Shown: piece after piece, positions 44,682 to 53,676 of the stretch | Layout of the letters: each line of letters begins with the position of its first letter | Numbering within the stretch: position 1 is the first letter of the stretch | Position numbers and translations under genes: made by a program | The notes under the pieces: generated by a model | Database searches by the model: none | Seen by the model: only the letters and a program-made list of their open reading frames with translations | What the model was told of the DNA's origin: nothing | Assembly (NCBI GenBank): GCA_963803975.1 | Contig: CAWDOY010000035.1 | Coordinates: forward strand, 1-61,032 | Reading direction: 5' to 3' | Length of the DNA stretch: 61,032 bases | Origin: an uncultured delta proteobacterium | Lineage (GTDB): Bacteria; Desulfobacterota; WTBG01; CAIYCZ01

Positions 44682-45404
44682 CTATCGAAAATAACCGCCA
44701 CCCTTGCCATGCTGACCAAAACCACCAGCTTTAACTGCACGAAGAAACCCACTAACATTGTTATGACGACCAGAGCCTTTGCCAGAGCGATAATATCCGC
44801 TACCATTGCCATGGCGACCGGAGCCGCCACCGTTACCTGAGCGAAAATAGCTGCCGCCATTGCCACGGTGACCAGAGCTGCCACCCTTGCCTGAGCGAAA
44901 ATAACTGCCGCCATTATTGCCGCGGTATCCGTACCCACCACCACTTCCATGGCGATAATAGTTACCACCATTACCCCGGTATCCATAACCGCCGCCGTTG
45001 CCGTAGTCCCCATAACCCCTGTCATTATAAGAGCGATAATGATCATCGCCACCATAATTAAAAACCAAGCTCACAAGCCCAAAGAGGGACTCACACCCGT
45101 ATCCTCCATATGCACTTGTAGGAGCATAGGCTACCGGAGGAGGAACATATGCCACGGGAGGCTGAGCATAATAAACTGGTGGAGGGGCATAATACACCAC
45201 GGGAGCAGGTGTATAATAAACAACTTGGGGAGCAGCATAAGCGACTGGTGCGGGAGCATAAGCTGTTGCTGGTTGATACTGTGGTTGCATCTGGTAATTT
45301 CCCTGGGGATAAGCAGGAGGTGGAGGCAGAGTATTTCCTGCTCCAAGAGCTGCACCTGTACTGACTAAAACTACTAGGGTTAGAATCAAAACTACCTTTT
45401 TCAT
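44682..45404 (-). CDS. Secreted low-complexity protein (Pro/Tyr/Ala/Val repeats then Gly/Arg/Tyr repeats)
   Basis: Signal peptide; (Y)APPPVYY-type repeats; GNGGSYFRSG-type repeats; GAGGTG RBS. Confidence 0.75.
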   Translation of the reverse strand: MKKVVLILTLVVLVSTGAALGAGNTLPPPPAYPQGNYQMQPQYQPATAYAPAPVAYAAPQVVYYTPAPVVYYAPPPVYYAQPPVAYVPPPVAYAPTSAYGGYGCESLFGLVSLVFNYGGDDHYRSYNDRGYGDYGNGGGYGYRGNGGNYYRHGSGGGYGYRGNNGGSYFRSGKGGSSGHRGNGGSYFRSGNGGGSGRHGNGSGYYRSGKGSGRHNNVSGFLRAVKAGGFGQHGKGGGYFR

Positions 45405-45432
45405 GGTTCACCTCACTGTTAAAATGTTGCAG

Positions 45433-46053
45433 TTATTGTGGGCAGCGTTCTCCGCTGCCTTCTGACTGGGCGGTAAACAGGCTCATGATATGAGAATGAA
45501 TAGCCTCAGTCGTAGAAATCTCTTCATCAGCAGATTTTGACAACTGCTGAATTACTTTTCTCTGGGAAAAATGAAACATGAGGATTGCCGGTAGGGTCAG
45601 TGCGCACAGGTCATAATTGAGCGAAGAACGAAAAGCCCCGGCTTGCGCCCCATCCCTGAAAAATACTGCCATCTGCTCATGGATTTTAGATAAATGTTTT
45701 TCGGTCAAAAGATCGAGAAACCGGCCGTTACCGGCTGTCTCGCGCTGGAATAGCTGAAGCATCTCCGGACTGGTGCGAAAGGATTCATCATAGTAATCAA
45801 TCACCATGCGGAGAATCTGCAAATGGTCGCGGGGGGCAGTGAGAATATCCTGGAGGCGGTTGTAAAACCGTTCCACCTGTGATTCTATCAGGTACAGGTA
45901 GAGGTCTTTCTTATTCTTGAAGTGGTAATAGATCATGGGTTTGGTGAGCTGCGCTGCCTGAGCAATACCATCCATGGAAGCCCCGTCGTAGCCTTTTTGA
46001 GCAAAAACCCTGATTGCTGCCTTTATAATTTTTTCTTTTGAAGTCAGCGTCAT
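45433..46053 (-). CDS. TetR/AcrR family transcriptional regulator
   Basis: IIKAAIRVFAQKGYDGASMDGIAQAAQLTKPMIYYHFKNKKDLY. Confidence 0.95.
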   Translation of the reverse strand: MTLTSKEKIIKAAIRVFAQKGYDGASMDGIAQAAQLTKPMIYYHFKNKKDLYLYLIESQVERFYNRLQDILTAPRDHLQILRMVIDYYDESFRTSPEMLQLFQRETAGNGRFLDLLTEKHLSKIHEQMAVFFRDGAQAGAFRSSLNYDLCALTLPAILMFHFSQRKVIQQLSKSADEEISTTEAIHSHIMSLFTAQSEGSGERCPQ

Positions 46054-46065
46054 ATCTATTCTCCC

Positions 46066-46081
46066 TACTTACTAGTAAGTA
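46066..46081. promoter_or_regulatory. Palindromic TetR-type operator O1
   Basis: Perfect palindrome TACTTACTAGTAAGTA adjoining the RBS of the TetR gene. Confidence 0.75.
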
Positions 46082-46230
46082 TTTAATAAAATTTAAAATA
46101 TTTGTTAAGTCAGATTACATATAAGCAACCCAATGGCTCAGCAAGATAAATATATGTATGTTATTACATTTATTTATATTATTTGTCGGCATATTAATAT
46201 GCTGGTATTATCACTGTTAATATTATTACT

Positions 46231-46272
46231 TACTTACTGGTAAGTAATAATGCATAAAACAAAACTTGTCAA
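46231..46272 (-). promoter_or_regulatory. TetR gene promoter overlapped by operator O2
   Basis: Minus strand TTGACA-17-TATTAC; O2 TACTTACTGGTAAGTA at 46231..46246. Confidence 0.7.
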
Positions 46273-46583
46273 GTGGATTATTTAAAAAACGGTACCTGTA
46301 GGATTTTTTGTAATTGGGCGAGGATAGTCAGTATAGAGCATTTAGTTTTCTGATATCTTATTATTATAATGGATACCTGCTAAGTGTCACCACATCGTGG
46401 CAACATCGGGATGTCAGGATATGGCAATATGCATAGTTGTTATCTGAGTTTGTAATCAAATTCCTCAACTCAGAAATACATTTAGTTTTTGTTCTTTGCA
46501 TCAATAATTAATTTGAATAGGTCTGGGGATATTACTAAAGAGGAATATTTATCAAGATATTGTGTCGCTAATTAACTAATTGT

Positions 46584-46795
46584 GAGTATAGTCTTCGTGC
46601 CAGATATCATGGTGGGCATTATATGCAGAAAACTGCAGCTTATGTATCAGCTGCGAGAAAAGTGAGTCAACCAAAATTCATTGCACACTTCTTTTGTAAA
46701 GCGTCACTGGCAGCTCAAAAAAATCATAGCAGAATGTTGCAATTTTTATGAAGAACCAGTAACCACAATACATAGACACAAAAAAAGCAGGGACA
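46584..46795 (+). repeat. Hairpin repeat copy R1
   Basis: CTTCGTGCCAGAT...TATGTATCAG...GCGAG...AAATTCATTGCACACTTCTTTTG...ATAGCAGAATGTT...AACCACAAT...AAAAAAGCAGGG. Confidence 0.9.
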
Positions 46796-47725
46796 TTAAT
46801 TACCTTGTTTTGCAGATGTGAGGCGGGTGAATGAGTAATCCGGGCCATAGGCTTTTATGTCATATTCGACTGCAATCAGCCGGTTACCCTGCAATTTAAA
46901 CACGATTCGGTCCGGATTAATGTATTCACCGTTTTTCTGCGTCACCAATACTGCCAGGAGTTTTTTCTCCAACGACCAGACGCCGGCCTGCTTTACTGTC
47001 CCCTGAGAGTATCTGGACTGCAGTTCTATGCTGTTGTCACTCAGCACATGCAGGGTCTCTGTGATGGTGCCGCCGGCGCCGGTGAAGCATCGCGTATAGG
47101 TGCCAAGGTACGCCTTTGGATCACCAATAGACGGGGGCAATAACGAATCTTCCTCAGCCCGGACAGCTGGTTGCGTATCTGTCATCTCCACAATAATGTC
47201 AGCATAGTTTGCATATCCATGGGTGATGACAAAGCAAGGTGACCTGTTTATAAAAGCCGGTTGACCATTGCGCAAAACGCGCGCCTGAATTGAATATTGA
47301 TGGGCAGGATTGATCTTGGCCGGATCGTAGGCAAGTTTAAATGAAATTGGCATCTGATTAGTTGGAGTAATTTTATTTTGTGCGATAACAACAGGGGGTG
47401 AGTTCTGTGCAGAGACGTCCAGAAGCTGCACTTCTACTATATCGCTCGGCAGCATCGCGATGCGCTGCCAGTAAGCAACTGTTCCCCTGACACTGGCAGT
47501 CATTCCGGGTGGCTCAGCGTGTTTCTTGTGTGATGGTTTACCCGTCAGCAGGCCCGTGTCTTCCTGCCCTGACTGGTACCTCCATATTTCAAACATCATG
47601 TCAGAACCAGTTTCACCGCCAAAACCTGCATGAGGCAGAAGAAAGCTCATGGCTACCGCAAGGGCTGCCGTACCCAGTAGTGCAGTCTGTCTTTTCCGGT
47701 AAATACTGTTAGAGAAAAACCCCAT
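46796..47725 (-). CDS. YbaY/YscW-domain exported protein with an extra C-terminal domain
   Basis: VRGTVAYWQRIAMLPSDIVEVQLLDVS, QMPISFKLAYDPAKINPAHQYSIQARV. Confidence 0.85.
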   Translation of the reverse strand: MGFFSNSIYRKRQTALLGTAALAVAMSFLLPHAGFGGETGSDMMFEIWRYQSGQEDTGLLTGKPSHKKHAEPPGMTASVRGTVAYWQRIAMLPSDIVEVQLLDVSAQNSPPVVIAQNKITPTNQMPISFKLAYDPAKINPAHQYSIQARVLRNGQPAFINRSPCFVITHGYANYADIIVEMTDTQPAVRAEEDSLLPPSIGDPKAYLGTYTRCFTGAGGTITETLHVLSDNSIELQSRYSQGTVKQAGVWSLEKKLLAVLVTQKNGEYINPDRIVFKLQGNRLIAVEYDIKAYGPDYSFTRLTSAKQGN

Positions 47726-48006
47726 ATTCTCTGCTTATACATTAATACAATTATTTTTTAAACTGCTCCGACCATCAGAAATCTTTGACAGAATATCAGC
47801 ACGATACTATATGGATATTTAAAGCTAAGTCAATGATGTTCTTGATTGCTGATTTTTAAAGAATGGATTTTTTTATGCGCTATATGTGCTCCGTGAAGCT
47901 CTGGCCTATTGAGCCCTCTGAAATGGCTCGGTATATCTTTGGGATTAATAGCAAATGAAAATGCATATAGGCGATGATTCACCATCAAAATAAAGAAAAA
48001 TTGGCC

Positions 48007-48228
48007 GGAACTTGCTTTGGGATGAAGGAAGTATAGGACTGGTGCGATTGTACGTCAATAAGGAATCCGTCGAAAGATATGAGCAGGAATCAACCGGACA
48101 AAAATCAACATCTTGTGGAGAGTTTAAAGAGGAAAAGTGCAGACTTTGTATCAGCAGCGATAGAAGTTTAGCAGCTTAAATTCAATGACTACTTCATCTG
48201 TAAAGAATTAGTGGCGGGTAAAAAAAGC
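48007..48228 (+). repeat. Hairpin repeat copy R2 with promoter-bearing 5' extension; 3' arm truncated
   Basis: Shares about 100 bp of 5' extension with R5; core CAACATCTTGTGG...TGTATCAGCAGCGA...AAATTCA...ACTTC. Confidence 0.85.
48030..48058 (-). promoter_or_regulatory. sigma70 promoter carried by R2
   Basis: Minus strand TTGACG-17-TATACT. Confidence 0.75.
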
Positions 48229-48242
48229 AATGGTATTCATGA

Positions 48243-48434
48243 TTAACATTGAGCAATCTTTTGAAGAATCGTTTCTGCTTCATCATCCCTAACAGCATGC
48301 TTTCTCTTACATTCAGGACATATACCTATATAAGATATGGCATCATTCTTTTTCCCTGCTATCAAAAGACAAAGTAAAATTATTCCCAAAGACGCACCAG
48401 AAACAAGACCTATAATAAAACTAAAAACTATCAT
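48243..48434 (-). CDS. Small membrane protein (DUF3789-like) with CxxC
   Basis: FIIGLVSGASLGIILLCLLIAGK helix; CPEC. Confidence 0.6.
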   Translation of the reverse strand: MIVFSFIIGLVSGASLGIILLCLLIAGKKNDAISYIGICPECKRKHAVRDDEAETILQKIAQC

Positions 48435-48559
48435 TATTTAACTCAAAGATATTAGCCTCTCCTGTTTTAAGTATGACACATACAAACAAGAGGAGCAAAT
48501 CACCAAAAATAAAAGAGCGGTCTATCAAGGGAATGTTGTGCTGCGGGAAGTAAACTTAA

Positions 48560-48764
48560 GAATGTAGACTTCGTGCCAGATGTTGTGGTGGGTATTAGAG
48601 GCGAGAAAGTGAAGCTTATGTATCAACAGCGAGAGTAGTGAGTCAGTCGAAATTCATTGCACATTTCTTTTGCAAACCGTCAATGGCAGGCAAAAAAATC
48701 ACAGCAGAATGTTACTCTTTTTCTGATTAATCATTAACCACAATTCATATCCGCAAAAGGGGAC
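48560..48764 (+). repeat. Hairpin repeat copy R3
   Basis: CTTCGTGCCAGATGTTGTGGTGGGTATTAG ... AACCACAATT. Confidence 0.9.
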
Positions 48765-48776
48765 TTTGCTCGGGCA

Positions 48777-49547
48777 TCAGGCAGGAAATAACAGATCAGA
48801 TATGTGCGCCAGCGTTATATTGGAATTTTTAAGGACGCTAAGGAAAAGTCGTATGGCCCGGGCTGTCTCAGGGAAAGGATGCCCGATGCCGATCGCATGA
48901 CCATATTTATTCGCGTGGTCCGCAAGCTTGTTTAATTGATAAAGAATAGCCAGCTCATTCAGTTCATTATCCAGAAAAATGTTTCTGCAGGCAGCAGGCA
49001 TCTGCAGCTGTTTTGCAATATGATAGCCTTTCGAGTTGGGGGAAGTAAGGCTATCCACAAAGAACAGTCCTTTTTGTTTAATAAGCTCAAGGGTCTCCCG
49101 TATTTCTCGCTGGCAAGCGGTAAACCGTGAGCCCATGTGATTATTAAGACCTATGGCAAACGGAACAGCGGAAAGATTTTCCTCCAGCACGCGGAAAATC
49201 TTATGCAGGCCGTCTCCTACATACAGCGCTCCCGGCCCGGGATTGGCTTCAGAAGCATATGGCTCCATGGGCTGATGGAGCATGATATCGTGGCCCGCGT
49301 CATGCGCTTCAAAAGCAAGCTCTTCTGAGTGAGGATAGAGCGGCAGGATTGAGAAGGTTAGCGGAATATTTAATTCCAGAAACTGCCGTGCTCTATAAAT
49401 ATTCGGGCCTATGTCATCGATGATAAGGGCGATTGCGGGTTTTGCGAAGGAACTGCTGCTGGCAAAGGCTTTTGTGAAGCTGTTGAACCCAAAGAGGTTG
49501 CCCAACAAAAAAGAGACGCTATTATATAAAAACTTTCTTCTATCCAT
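48777..49547 (-). CDS. Divergent polysaccharide deacetylase family protein (YibQ-like), Tat-like signal
   Basis: MDRRKFL; IALIIDDIG, LHQPMEP, NNHMGSRFT, FVDSLT, RNIFLDN, AIGIGHP. Confidence 0.92.
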   Translation of the reverse strand: MDRRKFLYNSVSFLLGNLFGFNSFTKAFASSSSFAKPAIALIIDDIGPNIYRARQFLELNIPLTFSILPLYPHSEELAFEAHDAGHDIMLHQPMEPYASEANPGPGALYVGDGLHKIFRVLEENLSAVPFAIGLNNHMGSRFTACQREIRETLELIKQKGLFFVDSLTSPNSKGYHIAKQLQMPAACRNIFLDNELNELAILYQLNKLADHANKYGHAIGIGHPFPETARAIRLFLSVLKNSNITLAHISDLLFPA

Positions 49548-49728
49548 TCTCTTGTTTGTTTCAAGCCAATGGGGTTAACGGGAAAAAGACAAGTGTAGAT
49601 TAATTGAAGTCCGAAATACAGTATATAGTGGGTCATGTCAAGAATAAATACTATATATGGATAAAACAATGAAATTGGTACATAATTGAGGAGTTTGTAG
49701 CGGTTCAAAAGAAAGTGGACAAATGCAG

Positions 49729-49930
49729 GGACAAAAATCAACATCTTGGGGTAAGCGTCAAAGGTAAGAAAGTGTAGCTTATGTATCAACAGCGAGAGAA
49801 GTTTAGCAGCTTAAATTCATTGATGACTTCTTTATGACTTCTTTTGCAAAGCGTTACTGGTAGTCATGGTAGTCAAATAAAATATAGCAGAATTAGTTAC
49901 TTTTTGTTAATAATCAGCCGCATACAATTC
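49729..49930 (+). repeat. Hairpin repeat copy R4 with two internal tandem duplications
   Basis: Core motifs present; ATGACTTCTTT x2 (49823..49844), TGGTAGTCA x2 (49858..49875). Confidence 0.88.
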
Positions 49931-50030
49931 TGCGGGCGGCGGCCGTTTCTGTACCTCCCACAGACCGACATGCTGCAATATCGCCTTGATTACCTTGGTC
50001 TGGTCTATAACGATTATTGAGCTTTCAAGC

Positions 50031-50861
50031 TTACAGCGAGCCCTCCGGAATCAGTTCGAGCACCTGTTCCCGCCGCTCAGTACTTAGTACCGGCAGAAAG
50101 TACGCCGCAATCACCAGGCCGGCATAATACTCGGAGAGGGTCGCATAGGTTACTTCATTGTCGGCATCAAGCCTGTAAAAGCCCATGTATCGTGATGTCC
50201 CGATAGAGGGCATGAAAAAGCCACCATAAAAGATGATCTGCCGGATTATGGTATCATCGGTTTTGTAGTAAAAAAGATTGCCGTCAGTGCCGGAATTGAC
50301 GTGTTGAAAAACCGTCGGGCCGGCGCTGATCTTCAATCCCCTGATAATAGGTTTCCAGTCGGGCAGCTCTTCCGTGTAGGGCGCCTGGTCATAGGTGGTC
50401 TTCCCTGCGTTCAGCAGTTCTTCAACCGCCACATAGCGGAACATGTCATACATGATCATGTCCATCAGTGTTGCATAGATTTTAAATGAATCCAGGCTCG
50501 CATGCTCAAAGCTGCTGAGATTATCCATCACGCCCGCCAAATCGTCGTGGACGGAAACCGTTACGGTAAAGCCCGGAAAGTCCGGAAAATCATGCCAGCT
50601 GAGCTGGTCTTTCGAGCTCACGGGGCTAGCAATTTCGAAGTCATACATGGTATAGCGGTTGGCGCCGTCTTGCTGCCGATCGTGATTATAAAAAGCCCGG
50701 TAGCCGCTGACCGACTTGGTTGTGCCAATGGCATTGCCGCTGTACGTAACGGTCGTGATCTTAAAGTTCCGGACGCCCTGCGCCAAACAGATGCCGGAAA
50801 CAGCGATCGTTATGCTGATTGCCAGCACAATGAGAATCATCCTGCGAAAGTTCTGCTGCAT
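50031..50861 (-). CDS. Hypothetical exported protein
   Basis: Signal peptide, AAGGAGG RBS, 276-aa open frame. Confidence 0.75.
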   Translation of the reverse strand: MQQNFRRMILIVLAISITIAVSGICLAQGVRNFKITTVTYSGNAIGTTKSVSGYRAFYNHDRQQDGANRYTMYDFEIASPVSSKDQLSWHDFPDFPGFTVTVSVHDDLAGVMDNLSSFEHASLDSFKIYATLMDMIMYDMFRYVAVEELLNAGKTTYDQAPYTEELPDWKPIIRGLKISAGPTVFQHVNSGTDGNLFYYKTDDTIIRQIIFYGGFFMPSIGTSRYMGFYRLDADNEVTYATLSEYYAGLVIAAYFLPVLSTERREQVLELIPEGSL

Positions 50862-50908
50862 GGTATCCTCCTTTATGCGGCTAAGAAATTACAGTTTGAT
50901 ATTTGTTA

Positions 50909-51207
50909 GGAACTCGCTTTCGAATGAAGGAAGTATAGGCTAGTGATGATTGTGTGTCAATAATCCGTTAAAAAATATGGGCAGGGGGTGTCCGGATAAA
51001 AATCAACCTCTTGTGGTGGGTATTAGATGAAGGAAAGTGCAGACTATGTATCAGCAGCGAGAGAAGTGAGTCAACCTAAATTCATTGCACACTTCTTTTG
51101 CAAAGCATCACTGGGCAGCTCAAAAAATCATAGCAGTAAGCGCACATTTTCACTAATAATGGCTCACCACAATATCTAGAAAAAGCAGGACCATCGCTGA
51201 CCATGCC
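50909..51207 (+). repeat. Hairpin repeat copy R5, the most complete unit (promoter, hairpin, terminator)
   Basis: TTGTGGTGGG/CTCACCACAA outer stem, GCGAGAGAAGTG/CACTTCTTTTGC inner stem, terminator at 51180..51207. Confidence 0.92.
50932..50960 (-). promoter_or_regulatory. sigma70 promoter carried by R5
   Basis: Minus strand TTGACA-17-TATACT. Confidence 0.8.
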
Positions 51208-51413
51208 TCTGAGGTGTTATGTGATTTAGTCTATTGTTAGTTCCATATCTCAAAACATAAAATAAAATTGTCACTTTTTTATCCATGTTTTTGAGATGGC
51301 ATTGCAAATTCTGCTGTAAGTGTCATAATAAACTTAAATGCTATCATAATAGTGGACAAATAGAGTTTGGAGGGGGAGATCAATAATCAGGATCCAATGG
51401 AAGTGAGTGGATT

Positions 51414-51569
51414 ATGACGGTAGAGCAGTTTACAACAAATCAAAATATTACCCTTACATTACAAAAGGATCAGGCTGAACAACTGAATGCGGAACTCAAG
51501 GTAAAAGAACTCTTACATGAAATTAAGCAGATGTTAATTGTGCACCAGTCAGATTTTCTCTGGCGATAG
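51414..51569 (+). CDS. Possible 51-aa small protein
   Basis: ATG...TAG, MTVEQFTTNQNITLTLQKDQAEQLNAELKVKELLHEIKQMLIVHQSDFLWR, coiled-coil-like; weak RBS. Confidence 0.3.
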   Translation: MTVEQFTTNQNITLTLQKDQAEQLNAELKVKELLHEIKQMLIVHQSDFLWR

Positions 51570-51792
51570 TATGAACTCTAAGGGTTAACATCATTAAACA
51601 TGCTACCCTGTTTTAATGGGGAACTAAGAATGTAACAAAAAAATAACAGCTATTACCCCTTGTGTGGACACTGGTTTCTGTCTCTTTAAATATAACATAT
51701 AAGTCTTTTGAGGTGTGTTGTCCCCCTCCACAAGGGGCACTTTTTCTCAGTTAACTAACTATCACTTACGGTTTTTTAATTTATTTCACCAA

Positions 51793-51936
51793 AAAAGGAT
51801 TGATGCTTTTTCTCGGCTGTGCGCGGATTAATGCAAAGTCTTTGCGGTGATACAATAGTGTATAGAAACTGCATTGATAGCTTTTCATTACACGGCAGCT
51901 AGGGATATTTAGACCTTCACCTGCATCAATCCTTTT
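51793..51936 (+). ncRNA. Candidate 144-nt long-hairpin RNA
   Basis: Perfect 14-bp closing stem AAAAGGATTGATGC/GCATCAATCCTTTT with nested stems TCTCGGCTGT/GCAGCTAGGGA and TTAATGCA/TGCATTGA. Confidence 0.4.
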
Positions 51937-52281
51937 CTTTTAGATAATTAAATTGTTATGCCCCTATAAGAGAGTTTATTTGTAGTCAGATGCGCGCCGT
52001 TGTAGTTCTTCACAATGTAATAATGCTCTCACAGCAACAGGTTCTTCATTTAACGATGATAGCGCTCAATATTTCCCTGCATCATCGGGTGATACGGCTT
52101 ACTTAAAATAAATAATTAAGCAACATGAATACGCTTTACACATATCTGCGAACAGACTTGAATATTGGAGCACATTTTAATAATGATCAACTGCACAAAC
52201 AGTGTTTGTAATATGTGAAAAGGAACATGAAATAGACCATTCCGCACGATCAATAAAAAAAGAATAGAGTAAGGTAGTTGC

Positions 52282-52902
52282 ATGAAGGTTAATAATTTAC
52301 GATACGCATTTCCCCGCCTATCCAATATCATTTCCATTTTTATAGTCATACAAGCAGCTCTTGTTTGTATCGTTACTGCTGCATATGCTGGTCAGGTTAC
52401 CTTAGGCTGGGAGCCAAACACAGAACCAGACCTTGCAGGTTATAAAATCTACGATGGTATTTCTTCAGGAAATTATACCCAAATCAAGGATGTCAAAGAC
52501 AAAACCGCTGCCTCGTGCATTATTACTGGCCTGATAGAGGGACAAACCTATTATTTTGCAGCAACTGCGTATAACACCAGTGGTTTGGAGAGCAATTATT
52601 CTGCAGAAGTTTTTTGCACAATTAACCCTGCAACAACCAGTGCATCGACTACCACGACGACAAATCCAAATAATCCCGCGGCAGCTTGTCAGCATAAAGC
52701 AGGAGATCTTGACTCAAACGGTATGGTAACCATTAATGAACAGGTTGCTGTCGTGAGAATGTATCTGGGGCTGGACCCTGTAAATTCATTGTCTGATATA
52801 GATAATGACGGGGTGGTTCAGATCTGGGATGTAATAAAGATAACCAATTGCTACCTGGAGCCAAATGGCGAGTCAAGGAGGAAGATTTGGGGTAGTGATT
52901 AA
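52282..52902 (+). CDS. Secreted fibronectin type III plus dockerin-like protein; C-terminus replaced by the end of the inserted element
   Basis: VTLGWEPNTEPDLAGYKIY...YYFAATAYNTSGLESNYS; GDLDSNGMVTINE...DIDNDGVVQIWDV. Confidence 0.85.
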   Translation: MKVNNLRYAFPRLSNIISIFIVIQAALVCIVTAAYAGQVTLGWEPNTEPDLAGYKIYDGISSGNYTQIKDVKDKTAASCIITGLIEGQTYYFAATAYNTSGLESNYSAEVFCTINPATTSASTTTTTNPNNPAAACQHKAGDLDSNGMVTINEQVAVVRMYLGLDPVNSLSDIDNDGVVQIWDVIKITNCYLEPNGESRRKIWGSD

Positions 52903-53648
52903 GTATTTTCATGATGAATGATCTCCACATACTGTTTTACAAGGTACGTTGAAAGAGCTGTAACCAGATGAATATATTCGATATCAGGATTTTGCTCATA
53001 AACCGTTTTTACTCGGTGGTAGTCATTCAGATAACGATCAACAGCCTTTTGAGAATGACTGGTTTCTCTGGCAACATCGGCAGGGTCCTTTTTTTCAATA
53101 ATCACTTTGCGCAGAATCAGGGCTTTGTGTGATACCCCGGTGCCGATATCGTGCAAAAGGCCGGTATGAGGCAGCTGGCAAGAATGTTCTTTCTCATAGG
53201 CAATTCTCAGAGACGATGCCGTGGATGGATCTCTGAGGGTTAACAGACCGATATCTCTGGTAGAGAGAATGCCACCCTGATCGTAGGCTTCCTTGATTAT
53301 CCGGGCAATGGCAGAGCGAGTGATTACTGACATGGGGATGCCATTGGCCAGCTGATCGATATCCTGGGGTGTAATGATTGACAAGATCACCGGGACATAG
53401 GATCGTTTTTCCGATGTGGCGCGGGTATTTTTATTCAGGGCATTCCAGAGCACTTGGCCGGGTTTAAGCCTGCTTTTCTCGGGGCAGAGGTTTTCAAAGA
53501 TTGCAAGAAGTTGCTCAGAAAGCTTTTCACGCATGACCGGCCCAAAGAACCGGGGAAACTCCCGGGCAAAGAACTGTTCGATGACGGATTTTAGGAACCG
53601 CTGCCGTGCTGAGCTGTATCTGGTATGGCAGAGAGGTTTTTTAATCAT
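52899..53648 (-). CDS. DUF1670-like protein (ORF2)
   Basis: LKPGQ, EAYDQGGILSTRDI, LPHTGLLHDIG.GVSHK, IARETSHS-type HTH; AGGGAGG RBS before ATG 53648. Confidence 0.8.
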   Translation of the reverse strand: MIKKPLCHTRYSSARQRFLKSVIEQFFAREFPRFFGPVMREKLSEQLLAIFENLCPEKSRLKPGQVLWNALNKNTRATSEKRSYVPVILSIITPQDIDQLANGIPMSVITRSAIARIIKEAYDQGGILSTRDIGLLTLRDPSTASSLRIAYEKEHSCQLPHTGLLHDIGTGVSHKALILRKVIIEKKDPADVARETSHSQKAVDRYLNDYHRVKTVYEQNPDIEYIHLVTALSTYLVKQYVEIIHHENT

Positions 53649-53676
53649 GGGTACCTCCCTGATCAGGAATGATGAT

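Noticed and set aside
44678..45411. Several long overlapping ORFs over the Gly-rich gene
   Set aside because: Expected by-product of repetitive codon use; only 44682..45404 has an RBS and signal peptide
46628..46650. dif/pdif (Xer) site in the GCTTATGTATCA motif
   Set aside because: Only a partial XerD-arm resemblance, with no 11-6-11 inverted architecture
46584..51207. Canonical integron attC sites
   Set aside because: No consistent RYYYAAC/GTTRRRY ends, longer than typical attC, and no intI in the window; kept only as an analogy
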